A DNA stretch of 64,000 bases from Eledone cirrhosa (Eukaryota), in NCBI GenBank assembly GCA_964016885.1, contig OZ024748.1, positions 29,698,001-29,762,000 on the forward strand. Direction: 5' to 3'. A program made the position numbers and the translations under genes. The notes below the pieces were generated by a model. That model was not told where the DNA came from. It did not search any database and was given only the letters and a program-made list of their open reading frames with translations. Shown one piece after another: positions 13,075 through 26,633 of this stretch (positions are counted from its first letter, which is position 1; every line of letters begins with the position of its first letter).

Positions 13075-14315
13075 CAAGATGGAATAAAAAAGTTCCCGGA
13101 CTAGTTTTGTTTAAAACAAACTAATACATTACCTTAGTTTTAACATCATCTCCTTCCAAATAGTCATCTTGTGCAACAATACACTGGTCCCAGTGTTCGT
13201 GCCACTTTTGAGATCCGACCTGGAAGTTGTTTTCTGTAAGCGAATCAAGGACCTTTGGCGATTTGCTCTGGATCTCGGCAAGGGTGTTAAAACGGTGACC
13301 TTTGAGCTGCATTTTCCACTTGGAGAAGGGATGGTAGTTTGCAGGTGCTAAATCCAGTGAATAGGGTGGGTGCAGAAGTGACACAATGTTTTGGGTGAGG
13401 AGAGCTCGGTGACAGGGTGCATTTTTTTTGCGAAGAATCCAATTCTTCTAGCTCCACAAATCCTGCCGTTTTCACCAAACATCATCCCTCAAACGCATCA
13501 AAATGTTGCAGTAGAACTCTTGATTGACAGTCTGGCCCTGGGGAACAAATTCCCGATGCACAATACTGCGGATGTCAAAAAAAACAACGAACACGCTTTT
13601 AATTGAGCTGCGGCTCTGCTGTGCCTTCTTCGGTCTTGGAAATGAAGAGCTTTTCCACTGTTTTGACTGCTGCTTCATCTCAAGGTCGTACCCATAGACC
13701 CAACTCTTGTCATCAGAGATGATCTTTGACATGAAGGATGGGTCATTAGCAGCACGCTGATGCTAGCGTGGAAGATGGACGTTAAACGATGATGATGATT
13801 ATGATAGAGATCTGACAGACTTCAACGTGATGTTCTTTCTGCTAAGTGGTCAGCAGGCGGGGGACAAACTCGCCGCATATTCAATTCAGAAAATAGGATT
13901 GCCTGCAGAGACCCATACAACAGACTAACATCAGTAATATTGTTGATTGTCCTCTGATGATCCTCATGCACAAACTGAGTAATTTTCCCCACATTTCCAG
14001 GGGTGACACTCACTTTTGAAGCACCAGTGCCACTTGAAACATTGCCTCATCATTGTAAGCTTGCTGAAGCATGCTCCATGTCTCTGTAGCAGACTTCCCA
14101 AGTTGGATGCAAAATTTCATGTTGGCTCTTTGCTCCTGTTCATGACAAAATCACAGGCTACAGTAATCACAAAAACACTAATTTCACAACTTGCAAAGTG
14201 AACACAGTGATGTCAATCAGGACACTGGTGCATGAAGGTAACTACACATGCAACCGTGTGTTGCCATCTGTTGGCACTCTCCAGAATTAGTCCGGAATCT
14301 TTTGATATCACCTTG
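13075..14315 (-). mobile_element. Degenerate Tc1/mariner transposon with ~30-bp TIRs and TA flanks
   Basis: TIRs caagatggaataaaaaagttcccggactag / rc caaggtgatatcaaaagattccggactaa. Transposase fragments SDDKSWVYGYD..KQQSKQW and HPPYSLDLAP. An RTE tail is inserted at ~13750-13805. Confidence 0.9.
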
Positions 14316-17300
14316 TATATATATATATATAGACAAACACATACACACAAATATTTTTATATATAAACATACATAGATATACACACATATGCATGTATAT
14401 ATATACACACACACATAAATGAGAGTTAGCATTAGGAATGGCATCCAGCTGTAGTCTCATTTAGCCCCTCCCAACATGGAATGATGGTGATGATTTTCTA
14501 AAGTTTGCTAACTCCCTTGAGATGAGGGTGGTTTTCTTTGTCTTTTTGTGTCTGCTCAGGGCTGTTAGAAAGATATACATTTCAAACCCGAATAACTAAC
14601 AACAACAACAATTACAATGTCAGTCTTTATGTACAAACAATAAAAGATTTAGATTTAAAAAAAAAAAAATAAAAAATGTTTGTGTAAACAGCAGCATCCA
14701 AGGAAGAAGAGAAGGTGGTAGCAAGCTTGTTGGTGGTGATGTTGGTGTTGTAATGTGTTGTAGAAATATGCTGATGCCTTCCATTCTACACAACACTACA
14801 TGACACTGCTGCCTTAAACCAACCACATTATAATTTTATTCTTAGAAATCCGTCACTCCATCCACTTTCTTATCAGACCATAAAAAAAAAAAATGCATGG
14901 AAAGAAGCCGATGATCAGACAGAAGAAACTTTGTCTCCATTAGTATTTACATAACTCTGCCAGTTGCAACTCCTGGCAGAAGGAGCCGATCATCAAATCA
15001 TTGTATGTAAGAACCTATATTAAGTTATATTCCAAATGACAATTTAATAACGGTTTCTGATTTCGAAACAAGACTAACAATTTTGGTGGGAGGGGAAAGT
15101 TAATTAAATCGATCCTAGTGCTTCAGTCAGCTCAGCTGAAAAAGGGTAGTCCGCACAGCAGTAACTGGGGTTTGATCTTGCAACAGACAGGTGTTCTGTC
15201 CAACAGGAGATATTGTATTCTGTTTGTGATTTAATGCCAATAAAACTGGGATAATCTGAAGTGCCTCTAGGCTCAAGAAAGAAAAGAAAAGATAGGAGGG
15301 TCATGGTTGGAACAACGTTGATTGGGTCTAAACTACAATAAACTGTAATATAGTAGTCTATCTGTTTCCATATATTGACTTCTTAAAAGCCACTACCATG
15401 CAATATCTTTCACATCCCATTAATTTTAAATGAGTTGTGAATATATATTGGTAGCGTGGCTTAGTGGTTAGAGAATTAGATTCCCAAACCAGGTGATGTG
15501 TTGTCCTTGAGCAAGACACTTTATTTCATGTTGCTCTTTTTGCCAGAAATTGCAACAGGTAGATAGTATCAGAAATGGAAACATTGGGTCCTTGGTCTGG
15601 TTCGCTTATTTGGAAAGTGAATGTGATGGTGAAAGAAGCATTGCCTGGGCAGGGGGTTATTATTGTTATAGTTGGTGTAGCGAGATGTAGAGATTGTTTT
15701 AGCTATGGTGAGATTGTATTGTTGATGGCGGAGACACTTGTCATACTAAACAGGTGGCAAACTTGAAAAATCTGTGGGTAGCAAATGTGAGGACTTGTTG
15801 GGGTGGTGACAATTTGTGGATAGCAATGATTATGATTACAGATAAACAGCAACTGGTGGGGCCTAGGGCATGGATGCCAATAGGAAGTGTGTGTGTGGGT
15901 GGGGGGAGTGGGGCTACATGCCTCCCAAGAGACCTGTGCATAGCAACAGACCAACCATAAAGAAAACATCAATTTCTCAAGACAAGATGTAATCCTTCAC
16001 CAGCTTCTCAGTTGGTGAGACTGGGGTGCTCAAAGGGGTTGGGTGGATGAGGGATTTTTGGGTCTGGTGATATGACAAAATAATGTTTAAAAGTTAAAAA
16101 AGGAACATGTACAAGTGACTCAATAACCTATTCACACCTGTATCTCTCTCTCTCTAAATATATATATATATAGGGGAACTGATATTGGGAGAGGAGCAAT
16201 TGAATTTTATCAGTTCCCTATCTCACTACCTCGGGTTCCCCAGAGAACAAAGGGTGGATAAAAATAATGTTTGGAAGAACGTCTGAAGAGACCAGATTGA
16301 TGCTATGGAACCAACACTGCATAGTCGTCAAACCCATCAAAACGTTTGTAATGGAAAATTTCCGAATAAATTGATGTAAAAACCCATTATGCATACTTAT
16401 TCTTCACCTGGACCACCAGATGTAAGCTGGCATGCTTCAGGATGTTGATTGCTTACCTCAGGATACTTCAAGATCCACTGGTTACAATGCCCAAACTGGT
16501 CGTCTACCTGCATATAATATATATGCACACATCTGTAATGAGTCTCACTGAATCAGTAACTTACATGTTAAGCAGGCAGTTCTGTTGATTGATGATCCTA
16601 CAATAATATATATACATGTGTGTGTATAAATACACACCCATATTCCATAGACACACAATTAGGTATTGTTTAAATCAGCTGGAAGTGGGGTGTCATCGTC
16701 CAATATACAATCACAGTCTGAACATACGTCTTCTTCATCAAACTAGATTAGGTTAAACACTATTTTCTGATTTAGATATTGGCAGTGAACAAACAAGGGA
16801 GATAAGCAGGACAAACAAGGGAGATAAGTAGAAAAAAAAAGAAAAAAGTTGATTATTAGATTGGACCAAGGAAACTATGTTTCCTTTTGTCTTTCCATTG
16901 CTTATACTATATGCCAGTTACAACACAAGGCAGAAGAAAATAGGATTTGAACTCAGAACGCACAGAAGCAGATTAGGTACTGGCTTGGGCTAGTACTGTA
17001 TACATCAACCCTTGAAAGCATAAAAGTCAAAATTTAACCTTGGTGCTCTCTAAGAGCAGAGAGCCAGAAAAAATACAGAAGCATTTAATCAGACATTCTA
17101 ATGAGTCTACGAATTAGCCAAAATAGAACATTTCCCCCACTTAGAATGAATAAGAAAAAAAACCAACATTTTCCTCCAGATATCTACTCTCCCTTTAACT
17201 GATGAAGTCTTTCTCAAGACCCTCAAACATGACCCTACATCTCTGTAAATATATTCTAATTCTGACCTCTGTAAATATATTTTAATTCTAGACCAGATTT

Positions 17301-17478
17301 GTTTATCAGCTGCAACAATTAAAGACCAGTTTTATCTCCTGCTATGAAACAAATAATTTTTTCTTTCTTCCTTTCAGCTCAGTCTTCTCTCAAACAGTTG
17401 CTTTATATTTGATGATAGCTTCACACACTGACTCTCCTCCACAACCACCAAACACCATCTCTATATACATATAAAAAT

Positions 17479-17513
<35 letters not shown>

Positions 17514-17520
17514 CATATAT

Positions 17521-18590
17521 ATAGCTGAATCCATGGTGGAACTAGAGAAGAAATTCCAAACATGGAAGCAGGGACTAGAAAGGGTCTCAAAGTCAACCTG
17601 ACAACGACTAAGGTTCTTGTAAGTAGACGAGGAAACAGAATCCAGATCCCCTCAGAGAAATGGCCCTGCTCAGTATGTAGGAAAGGTGCAGGTAGGAACT
17701 CCATCCTCTGCCCCAAATGCAAACAATGGGTACACAAGAGATGTAGTGGGATCTCAGGAAGCTTAACTAAGAATGTAGGCTTCATATGTAGCAGCTGCGC
17801 TGGGACAGCAAGCAGCAAACAGCCACAGGAAACAAGCACCACCAAACTCTGGGAGGGCTCTGTAGAGACAGTAGACAGCTTTTGCTACCTAGGTGACCGA
17901 ATTAGCAGCAGAGGTGGGTGTTCTGAAAGTACAATAACTAGGGTAAGAACGGGATGGAAGAAATTCAGGGAGCTACTGCCACTGTTCACTGCAAAAAGCT
18001 TTTCCCTCAAAATTAAAGGTAGACTGTATGATGAGTGTATACGACCAGCAATGTTATATGGTAGTGAAACCTGGGCGCTGTCTGTAGAAGACTCACGTAG
18101 ATTAGAAAGAAACGAAGCCTGCATGCTCCGATGGAAGTGTAATAGTAATATATGCAAACAGCAAAGCATAAACGAATTGAAAGAGAGACTGAGCATAAGA
18201 GGAATCAAATGCTGTGTGCAGGAAAGGAGGTTACGTTGGTATGGACATGTGATGCATATGAAGGATGACAGCTGCATAAAAAGGTGCAGAGCAGTAGAAG
18301 TCGATGGAAGCCGTGGAGTGGGGAGACCCAAGAAAACCTGGGATGAGGTGATAAAAGCCGACCTTACCCAATTGCATCTTTCAAGAGCAATGACACACGT
18401 CCGTAACCTCTGGCGTCACGCAGTAATACAGAAGACCCGACTTCCCACAGACACAAGCCGAAGCTGAAGCATATAGACAATATGCCCACCCCCACTGCAA
18501 AATGGTCGTGTAGGTGCCATGGAATAAAAGCACCCAACACTCACTGTAAATGAAGTTGGTGTTAGGAAGGGCATCCAGCTGTAGAAATCA
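17521..18590 (+). mobile_element. 5'-truncated RTE LINE, subfamily 2
   Basis: ORF 17562-18467 is homologous to the other RTE copies. The 3' UTR contains gttggtgttaggaagggcatccagc. Confidence 0.92.
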
Positions 18591-18739
18591 AGCCAGAATC
18601 AGTTCCCGTCCCACTGAACTTCAAACTGTAGATCCTTGAGGTTGTCTTTTTATGCAATCTTATATATTTTTCTTGGTTTGTGCTAAGGGTATTTCCCAGT
18701 GTGCAATTGACTGCAAAATAGTTGTTTTGGGAGTCTTTC

Positions 18740-19112
18740 CTCATTCATGCATGGAACATGGCCTACCCAACGCATTTGAGAAGATGAGGATAGGATGGCA
18801 GATTCAATGCTTGTGCAACCAGCATCTATAAAGATTTCTGTGTCAGGTATTTTTTGTTGCTATTTCATGTTTAGGATTCGTCTTAAACACTTTTGATTAA
18901 ATTGTTCAAACAAATTAAGGTGTCTACAAAGTACTGTCAATGTTTCCGAAGAGTACAACAGGGCACTCAGAAGGCAGACCTTGTACACACTAATCTTAGT
19001 CTTGATATTGATATTATGATCCACACATACTCTCTTTTCAAGTTTTCCGAAGGCTACAGAGGCCTTCTGAATATGCAGGTGTATTTCTGCATCCAGTGAA
19101 CTATCCCTCGAC
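18740..19112 (-). mobile_element. Old RTE/BovB-like LINE fragment
   Basis: ORF 18860-19114 contains IQKASVAFGKL...TKISVYKVCLLSALLYSSET...KCLRRIL. Confidence 0.75.
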
Positions 19113-19406
19113 AATGGTCAACTACAGTGTCAACTACAGTGTCAACTACAGTGTCAACTACAGTGTCAACTACACCCAACCGAATTCCATGCACCATTAT
19201 AGTTGGCTCAATATATGTATATATACATGTACATATATATATATTTCTCCACTTCCACCAAATGTGAACCTAATATAACTGTAAAAATTGCCTCTTGTGT
19301 TTTGTTTCATTTATTAACTTCATACATACACACACATATATATATAACTCAAGCTAGCATGGAAAAATGGACGTAAAACGATGATGATGATGATGATGAT
19401 ATATAT

Positions 19407-19483
<77 letters not shown>

Positions 19484-19490
19484 CACATAC

Positions 19491-19533
<43 letters not shown>

Positions 19534-19869
19534 AATATATAAATGAAAATAGAGAAATTGATGTAAGCAAGAAGCCAACAGTAATTCAGACATATAAGTG
19601 ACTATTACGTCAAGATGAAAGTATATATATTATATATATATATATACATATATTATATATATATATATATACATATATATATAAGGGATGATAAAAAAAA
19701 GGGTTTTGAAAAGCGCACCTGGTGTATATATGAAAAGAATCTTTAAAACATGTATAAAAAATTGTTAGCAATCTCGGTTTTGGATCTTCAAAACATTTGT
19801 TATGAGGTTAAATTATTTTTCTTTAAAACTCCTGCATGTTGATTTTCGACTACACTGGTTGGGATCACT

Positions 19870-20249
19870 AAAGTGTATATATATATACATCTATATATAT
19901 ATATTATATATTATATATATATATATACATCTATATATATATATATGGATATATATATATATACACATACATCTATATATACATATATATATATACATAT
20001 ATATATATACATACATCTATATACATACATACATCTATATACATACATCTATATATATATACATACATTTATATATATATATATATACATACATCTATAT
20101 ATATATATATACATTTATATATATATATATACATACATATATATCTATATACATACATCTATATATATATACATACATTTATATATATATATATATACAT
20201 ACATCTATATATATATATATACATTTATATATATATATATACATACATA

Positions 20250-20333
<84 letters not shown>

Positions 20334-20433
20334 TGTGTATATATATACATACATACATACATATGTATGTATATATATATATATATATATACATACATAT
20401 ATGTGTATATATATACATACATACATACATATG

Positions 20434-20499
<66 letters not shown>

Positions 20500-20604
20500 C
20501 ATACATATATGTGTATATATATACATACATACATATGTATATATATACATACATACATATGTATATATATACATACATACATATGTATATATATACATAC
20601 ATAC

Positions 20605-20645
<41 letters not shown>

Positions 20646-20650
20646 CATAC

Positions 20651-20691
<41 letters not shown>

Positions 20692-20696
20692 CATAC

Positions 20697-20771
<75 letters not shown>

Positions 20772-20840
20772 CATATATATATATATACATACATATATGT
20801 ATATATATATACATACATACATATCTATATATATATATAT

Positions 20841-20873
<33 letters not shown>

Positions 20874-20940
20874 CATACATATATATACATGTACATACAT
20901 ATATATATACATGTACATACATATATGTATCTATATAAAT

Positions 20941-20985
<45 letters not shown>

Positions 20986-21090
20986 CATACACATTCATAT
21001 ACACACCCTCACATGCATTCACACACACACACACACATCTTCATCCTTCTAAGTCTGTTTTTCCAACTTGCATGCATATATATATATATT
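19870..21090. repeat. ~1.2 kb compound (TA)n/(TACA)n microsatellite
   Basis: Read directly. It generates the spurious YI-rich ORFs. Confidence 0.95.
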
Positions 21091-21794
21091 CTTTTACTGG
21101 TTTAGGTCATTATACTGTGGCCATGCTGGGGCACTATATTCAATTAATCGATCATATTGATACCAGTAGTTACTTTCTCAAGCTTGGTACTTATTTTATT
21201 AACCTCGTTTTTATGTGTGTGTGTGTTTATGACTGAATATTTGTGAACCACTGAGAAACTGTTAGATTTTCTGGGCAGCAAGGAGGAACCATGGTGACTG
21301 GTGTCGGGTGGGGTAGGGTGGAGATGAACAGAGGGGGCATGAATGTGGTGGTGATGGGGTTGAATGGTGGATAACACATGAAAATGAAACAGATTGGGGG
21401 AAAAAATTTGCTGATTAGTTTTGATGAAGCAAAAATAAAAAAATAAAAAAAACGAAAGTTGACAAATAATAATAATAATAATAATAATAATGATTTCTGA
21501 TATAGGCACAAGACCAGCAATTTGAAGGGGAGGGGAAAATCGATTAAATCGATCCAGTGTGTTATCGGTACTTTATTTTATCGACCCTGTAAGGATGAAA
21601 GGCAAAGCTAACCTCGGCGGGATTTGAACTCAATAATAATAATAATAATATATAACGTTTGGTTTGGTATAATTAAATTCTTTGGCAGGATCTCTGAGAC
21701 GAAATTGAAGAAGGTCTCCCCTCATGCAGCCACCTATTACGTTAACCTATCAACTCATGATTTCACCCTAAAGGAACCAAGTTGATAAGGAATG

Positions 21795-23521
21795 TCAACA
21801 CTGTTCTGTATGTTGTAGATTAGATCTGTTTGCAGTAGTGGTGGTAGCGCTAGTAGTATCAAATTGTTGCAAGCTGTAACTGGACTTACTCAGTCGAAAT
21901 TTGCTGGGTTCGGTGATAGAGTTTTCGCAGCTCCGTGACATGACACGGTCATCATATAACGACAGTCTGTTGCGATTGATCTTTAAAGGGGTTTTGATCC
22001 GGTTGCGAATCTTTTCACTTGGATCCGACGTTGCTTGTGTCTGATTCACAGGCAACTGTGTTGAGGTGTCGGGTGGTGGGATGTTATGGACTTTGAGGGG
22101 AAGGGATGTGGGTCGCTGTGACTTCATGTCAGTTAGTTCATTGCAACTGTTCACAGAATTAGTTGTCTTGTTTAAATAAGCTGGTGGACATTTAGAATTG
22201 CCAGGGGTTGCATCATCTGCACTGGAATCAGATATATTTATAACTTGTGCATCGACTGCACCAGTAGGAACATGGCCATTTTGATGGATGGTTGTGCTGT
22301 TTGCTATTTCTAATTCTGTCAAGCCAAGTCTGTCCTGTTCTGCAGTGGTAATCCCTGGTGAAGAAGACACTGTATTACTCACTGGCAGCACAACTGTATT
22401 GCCATTATGTAGACATACTTCAGTTTGAACCGGTTGTTGTGGAGAAGCTATCAGGTTGATATAACCAGACCGATCAGTTGAACGTCGACTGTTTTTCTCT
22501 CGGCCGTGTTTACCATCAATACTCTGGCTGCTGCGAGACAATAAATTTTTCCCCAGTTGAGTTAACCTACTGGTGAAATCTTTAGGTTTTTTGCATTTGA
22601 AGATAGATTTTGGAGTTTTTTCATTCATGGCTAACTTGCTGTAAGGTACTCCATTGCCAGGGACATTGGCAATCTTGGGTCGTACAAGTGGACCATCACT
22701 GTGGACTTGATTTTGTAAGTATTGGATAGGAGCATTGCGATGGTAGTTGAATGTGTCATTGTGAACTAGAGCGCTCTCTATATTTTCAGGACCATTGTCA
22801 AAAGGGTCATCATGAAACTGAGAAGTGGGTGCACTTAAAGACTGCTCTTTCTGTTCTTGTTCTCTTTTGGCGGTAGTAGAAATCAGAGTATTTCCTGACA
22901 CCGTTAACTCTTCGTCGCTTCTTTTGTGGGTGTTTCGTTCAACTGTAGGGTTTCGGCCCTGGTGGGGCTGGATCACAGTGTTTGTTTTGGCATAGTTTAT
23001 GTTCAAGTATTTCGGTGGAGGATCTGACTCAGAAGACGACAACAAAGTGGTGTTAGGGTGTGACATTGAAATCACATCTGGGGTCAACCAGGTGTTACGA
23101 GGCTGACCATTCACAAGGCTTGTGTTCGGTACTTTGGAGATATTGTAGCCAGTCTGTGCTTCATTTTCATAGTGTGGTGGTGGGTCACTAAGTGGAGGTC
23201 CATGAGGTGCAATGCTGTGATAATCTGGAGGAGGGTCAGACTGTGATGGACTGAGAGTAAGCATGGTTTCAGTTGTTACTGCAGACATACTTTTCTCTTG
23301 GGGTGTCCAAGAATTTCTTGCATGTCCATTTAAAGTACTGTCTCCGCTGCTGCCCTGGCCTATCAAAGGAGCCATGCTGTTCTCCAAAGGCAGAGTGTTA
23401 CCGTTATCAATGGTGATGCTTGATGTAGCTAGGTAGCAGTTCCTCTGTACAGCAGAAATTCCTGCTGCATCTTCAGACACTGTGATATGTGTAGAGGTAG
23501 AATTCAACGTTGGTGTCACAC
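21795..23521 (-). CDS. BMPR2: BMP receptor type II, large terminal exon encoding the long cytoplasmic tail
   Basis: cctag| acceptor, phase 1, 575 codons to TGA. Contains the BMPR2-tail motifs RPTSLPL and KIRNRIKTP. Confidence 0.9.
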
Positions 23522-23599
23522 CTAGGGGCAGATAAAAACAATGATTATTAGCAAGAGGAAATACGATGTAAATTCGAACAGAGTGTCAGAAACAACCAT

Positions 23600-23875
23600 C
23601 ATCAGTCACCACTGTCACCACTACACCAGTGTCCCCCACTACACCACTGTCACCCCTACACCACTGTCACCATTGTCACCGATACACCACTCTGACCACT
23701 ACATCACTGTCACCACTACATCACTGTCACTACTACACCATTGTCACCGCTACACCACTGTCACCACTATACCACTGTCACTGTCACCACTGTACCGCTA
23801 CGCCATTGTCACCACTACACCACTGTACCACAACGTGACTGTCACCGCTGTCACCACTACACCACTATATCGCTG
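23600..23875. repeat. Intronic minisatellite (cactgtcaccactacac-like units)
   Basis: Read directly. Confidence 0.85.
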
Positions 23876-24330
23876 TGAAGCCATTAGTCTATGTCTGTTT
23901 AAACAGAGACGGACTTATTAAAGGATTTGAAATGTTTACTGTGCTTGGCACCAAGTCATTATTCCCATCATATTTGAGGTGATATTCAACTCCTTGTCAT
24001 CAACACCATTACATTTGAGGTGATAATATACTGAATGTCTTGTCATCAACAGCATCACCAGAATCACTATTCACCATTGTCTACTTCCACCAACATCCAT
24101 CATCATCAATAACATTTATCAATCTGTATTTTCAGTAATTAATATCCTCCTCCTTATCACCATAAATATTTACATCCATCATCTTCATCATTTCAGCTTA
24201 CATTAGTCATGGTGTATTTGTCAAACATATAGAGATAAGACATGTCTTTAAGACTAGAGTGTGAGGAAAGTGAGAGTGAATGTAAGTAAGAGTGTAGGTG
24301 TGAATGAGAGTGGGAATGCTGCTTCTGTAC

Positions 24331-24463
24331 CTTTTAATCGAGTATCATGGGGAGACATCATCGATAAATCAGAGATTCTTTCAATAACACAGAATGAAGT
24401 AAGTCTGGCTTCAGCATCATGATCCCAGCAATCCTCAATGGTTTCCTTCAATGTGTGGATTGC
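24331..24463 (-). CDS. BMPR2: BMPR2 exon, kinase subdomain XI ([30 protein letters not shown]...)
   Basis: ttgcag| acceptor and |gtacag donor; 133 nt, phase 0/1. [17 protein letters not shown] is the type II receptor signature. Confidence 0.93.
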
Positions 24464-25142
24464 CTGCAACAACATTAACACTTCATTACTACAAAAAGAA
24501 CAACAACAACCTTCAATGTGTGGATTGCTTGCAACAACAACTTTCAATGTGTAGATTGCCTGCAATAACAACAACCTTCAATATGTAGATTGCCTGCAAC
24601 AACAACAACCTTCAATTTCATATTGTCCAGTATACTTAGCTGAAAACGAGTAGCAACAATAGCTGGAGATTTAACTCTGCAATGGACTGGCCTCCTCTCC
24701 AGGGGGAAGTCTTGTACTCTCAGTTGCTTTACGCCTCAGAAACTGGGATAAGCACCGGCTTGATAAGCCTCTAGACTCAAGACTTTTAACAAGGTCAGCA
24801 ATTTAAGGGAAAAGGGAAAATCAATTGTATCAAACCCAGAAGGATGAAAGACAAAGTTGACCATGGCATGATTTGAACTCAGAACTAAATATTGCAAAGC
24901 ATTTTGCCCAGCACTCTGATTCTGCTAATCCACTACCCTATTAAATAATAATAATAATAAATTAATAATGGATTCTGATTTAGGTACAAGGCCAACAATT
25001 TGGGGGAAGGGGAAAGTCGATTAAATCGACCCCAGTGTGATACTGGTACTTTATTTTATGAACCCCGTAAGGATGAAAGCAAATAATGAAATAATAATAG
25101 AGTGTTAAAACAAGTCAGTGTTAGACTAATAGTGATACTAAC

Positions 25143-25279
25143 CACATTTGAGTCTTTCCACATATCTGGAAGCCATGGACGTTTCTTGTTAGCTGAAACC
25201 AAGAGCTGCATCTTTTCAAATGATGGATGAATACCTACTTCGGCTTGATAAGGCAGCAGATATTCAGGAACTGGTGCCC
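25143..25279 (-). CDS. BMPR2: BMPR2 kinase exon (GAPVPEYLLPYQAEVGIHPSFEKMQLLVSANKKRPWLPDMWKDSNV)
   Basis: acag| acceptor and |gttagt donor; 137 nt, phase 1/0. Confidence 0.93.
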
Positions 25280-25344
25280 CTGTCATGGAATACAGAAGAA
25301 CACCAGAGTAAAACACAGTAAGAAATGTGAGGGCATGATGGCTA

Positions 25345-26235
25345 ACAACTATAGAGTACAGGCACACACCGGCCACCATAGTCATCATCAACAGAGTTCA
25401 TAGACGTACCAGCTGTTTAAGCCATCCGCAATAGAGTACAGACAGACACCAGTGACCATCATTAGAGTATACACACACACCAGCCATCATAGTCATTAAT
25501 AGAGTACAGGCACACACCAGCCAGCATACCTATCATCAATAGAGTACAGGCACACACCGGCCACCACAGTCATCAATAGAGTACAACCACACACCATCAA
25601 TGGAGTACAGGCACACACCGGCCACCACAGTCATCAATAGAGTACAACCACACACCATCAATGGAGTACAAACATACACCAACAGCCATCAATAGAGTAC
25701 AGACAGACACTTACCAGCCACCACAGTCATCATATATAGAGTACAGGCACATCAGCCAATACAGACACATAGCAGCCACCACAATCATTAGCAACAGAGT
25801 ACAGACACACACCAGCCACTACAGCCATCATTAATCGAGTTCAGACAGACACCAGCCACCATTAATAGAGTACAGACACACACCAGCCACTACAGTCATC
25901 ATCAAAAGAGTACAGATAGACACCAGCCACCATTAATAGAGTACAGACACACACCAGCAACCAGTCATCATTAATTGAGTACAGATAGACACCAGCCACC
26001 ATTAATAGAGTACAGACACACACCAGCAACCAGTCATCATTAATTGAGTACAGGCAGACACCAGCCACCATTCATAGACTACAGACACACACCAGCAACC
26101 AGTCATCATTAATTGAGTACAGGCAGAGACCAGCCACCATTAATAGAGTACAGACACACACTAGCAACCAGTCATCATAAAAAGAGTACAGATAGAGACC
26201 AGCCAACACAGCCATCATCAACAGAGTAGAGACAC
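25345..26235. repeat. Intronic minisatellite (atagagtacagacacacaccagcca...; ~30-40 bp units, some dimeric)
   Basis: Read directly; more than 20 units. Confidence 0.9.
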
Positions 26236-26357
26236 TCCCCTTAGCCATAGACACATTCACAGTGACATACACACACATACAGTGACAAAAACATATATAC
26301 GCACATACAGAGCAACCTAAACATGTACATAGAGAAAAAAGCCTATGTCCCTGTTAC

Positions 26358-26505
26358 CTTGCCAAAGATCAGAACAGCGAGAGGCAATCTCCCAGAGAAC
26401 AAGCCCTAAAGAATAGACATCAATCTGCTTAAGAGAAGCCTCACAGTCCCGTAAGTTGACAGCCCCATCTAGGAGTTCAGGAGCCATGTAACGGACAGTA
26501 CCAAC
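26358..26505 (-). CDS. BMPR2: BMPR2 kinase exon, subdomains VIII-IX ([49 protein letters not shown])
   Basis: aag| acceptor and |gtaaca donor; 148 nt, phase 0/1. GAVNLRDCE is diagnostic of BMPR2/wit. Not present in the ORF track. Confidence 0.95.
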
Positions 26506-26633
26506 CTTTTAATGAAAAACAAAACAAAACAGTAATATATTAGCTACAGCAACAGTAACAGAAAATGATAAATATATTAGAACATTAGAACATTAGAAGA
26601 TGGCTGTTGAAACAGAATGGACAATTATATATA

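Noticed and set aside
19320-21236. Long YI/CV-rich ORFs, and similar ones at 27.2, 32.0-32.6, 47.1, 55.4, 57.0 and 58.6 kb
   Set aside because: They are stop-free translations of microsatellites or minisatellites, not proteins.
25345-26235. Regularly spaced repeats resembling a CRISPR array
   Set aside because: The spacers are themselves repetitive, the context is a eukaryotic intron, and there are no cas genes. It is a minisatellite.
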